Of a stretch of 60,060 bases of DNA, positions 58,906 to 60,060 are shown piece after piece. Under the pieces are notes generated by a model. It made no database searches and was not told the origin of the DNA. It was given only the letters and a program-made list of their open reading frames with translations. The DNA is from Candidatus Bathyarchaeia archaeon (GTDB taxonomy: Archaea; Thermoproteota; Bathyarchaeia; Bathyarchaeales; Bathycorpusculaceae). Every line of letters starts with the position of its first letter. Positions within the stretch are counted from its first letter, which is position 1. The position numbers and the translations under genes were made by a program. The DNA is taken from contig JBEKHJ010000001.1 in the NCBI GenBank assembly GCA_050012335.1, positions 1 through 60,060 of the forward strand, in the 5' to 3' direction.

Positions 58906-59038
58906 GCCCAATTACCAAAAGAACAAGAGAGAAAAAGGAACATACGAGTTTTATTTTCAAATCAACAAACGGAAATGGAAGACTAAACGTAAATCCAAAG
59001 AAAAGGATACAAAAAATGCCCATAAGAAGTATAGCCAC
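58850..59038 (-). CDS. Small two-TM hypothetical protein
   Basis: Two hydrophobic helices; the frame stays open upstream, so the true start is uncertain. Confidence 0.45.
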   Translation of the reverse strand: MAILLMGIFCILFFGFTFSLPFPFVDLKIKLVCSFFSLVLLVIGLILYLVSSKKELLIQVEE

Positions 59039-59225
59039 TGATAAAGAGTATTTGTTGCCCCGTGATTTCTCAGTTTTTTGCTCAGAACTCAGATGCTCGG
59101 TTCCGAAATCCGATGAAACTTTACATGGAGAGCCTTCCGATGAAGACTTTACAGTGCCCCCAACCCAGATATTTAAAGTATAAATAGCATATAAGCCATA
59201 GTTTAAGCAAGCTTAGGTGACGTTT

Positions 59226-60060
59226 TTGAGAATTGGCTTTTTCGTCTATGAATATCCGCCTCAACTTGTAGGCGGTTTAGGCACTTACGCTGAATACATT
59301 ACCCATGAATTCGTCGACATTGGGCATGATGTCTCGGTTTTTACGCTCAACAATAATGGTTTAAAGACAAGAGAAATCCTGCGAGGAGTAGAAGTTCACA
59401 GGCCGTTAATAGCTGACGCAAGCAACATCTGGCCCTTCTTTGTGGTAGACGACCTAAAAAAATGGGGCACCAACATCAAACTTTTTAACGACATTTTTAT
59501 CTACAACATCCTAAGCGCAACAAAATTCATCAACGGCTTAATAAAAAAAGAAAATTACAATTTTGACGTCGTCTGCGTTCATGATTGGCTAAGCAGTATT
59601 GCAGGCTTAGTAATTAAGAACGAAACCAAGATTCCAGTAGTTTTCCACACGCATAGTACAGAATGGGGCAGAAGCGGCGGACAAGGCTCCGAAGTAGTAT
59701 CCCATTTAGAGCGGGCAATGGCTCAAAATTCCGACCGCATAGTTACTGTAAGTTACGCTATGCAGGACGACCTTGTAAAACACGGCTGGTCGCCTTCAAA
59801 AATCAGTGTAGTCTGGAACGGTGTGGACCCTGAAACGTACAATCCGCAAAACGTGCAGAAAGAAGATGTGGATGCCATCAGAGAAAAATACGGCATTCCA
59901 AACGGTTGGAACATGTTGCTTTTCGTGGGAAGACTTACTTGGGTAAAAGGCGTTCGAAACCTGTTGCAGGCGATGCCTATGGTTTTGAAAGAGTACCCTA
60001 ATACTAAACTGGTTATTTTAGGCAAAGGCGAAGAACAAGCCGACATCATCGAAACAGCAG
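59226..60060 (+). CDS. GT4 glycosyltransferase, glycogen-synthase-like (runs off the window at its 3' end)
   Basis: Not in the ORF track because it is open to the edge. AGGTGA RBS, TTG start, MRIGFFVYEYPPQLVGGLGTY, HDWLS, HSTE, VWNGVD, FVGRLTWVKG. Confidence 0.92.
   Translation, partial: MRIGFFVYEYPPQLVGGLGTYAEYITHEFVDIGHDVSVFTLNNNGLKTREILRGVEVHRPLIADASNIWPFFVVDDLKKWGTNIKLFNDIFIYNILSATKFINGLIKKENYNFDVVCVHDWLSSIAGLVIKNETKIPVVFHTHSTEWGRSGGQGSEVVSHLERAMAQNSDRIVTVSYAMQDDLVKHGWSPSKISVVWNGVDPETYNPQNVQKEDVDAIREKYGIPNGWNMLLFVGRLTWVKGVRNLLQAMPMVLKEYPNTKLVILGKGEEQADIIETA

Noticed and set aside
59110-59153. Short direct repeat tccgatgaa(g)actttaca, two copies
   Set aside because: Only two imperfect copies; too little to call an array or a binding site.

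Overview
Archaeal DNA, most likely Bathyarchaeia. This is an inference from trm1, a THEP1-type NTPase, DUF1616/DUF2206, an archaeal winged HTH and AGGTG-type RBSs. Positions 1-46 kb form an almost entirely minus-strand cell-surface/glycan island. Three large secreted beta-propeller proteins (1-10.6 kb) are joined by an apparently identical 1,657-bp direct repeat. The island also carries GT2/GT4 glycosyltransferases, two polysaccharide deacetylases, a WbpB/E/D-like amino-sugar triad, a GH5 hydrolase, an IS701-family element, a RelE-type TA pair and a wHTH regulator. The standout feature is inside the glycan locus: hemL, an acyl-CoA ligase (PaaK-like), hemA, two GNAT/SCP2 proteins, GT4, a B12 radical SAM enzyme and a divergent hemB, with no hemC/hemD/cobA in the window. 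The HemB keeps its P-site residues but has altered A-site residues. I infer a possibly undescribed pathway that makes an ALA-derived pyrrole or acyl unit and attaches it to a surface glycan. Positions 46-56 kb are mostly housekeeping (aspartate kinase, SPASM radical SAM, HAD, proC, trm1, NTPase) plus a DCD-domain-like protein. Positions 56.5-59 kb are a decayed region with a split flavodoxin and a transposase remnant. All family calls come from motif recognition by eye; no database search was run.
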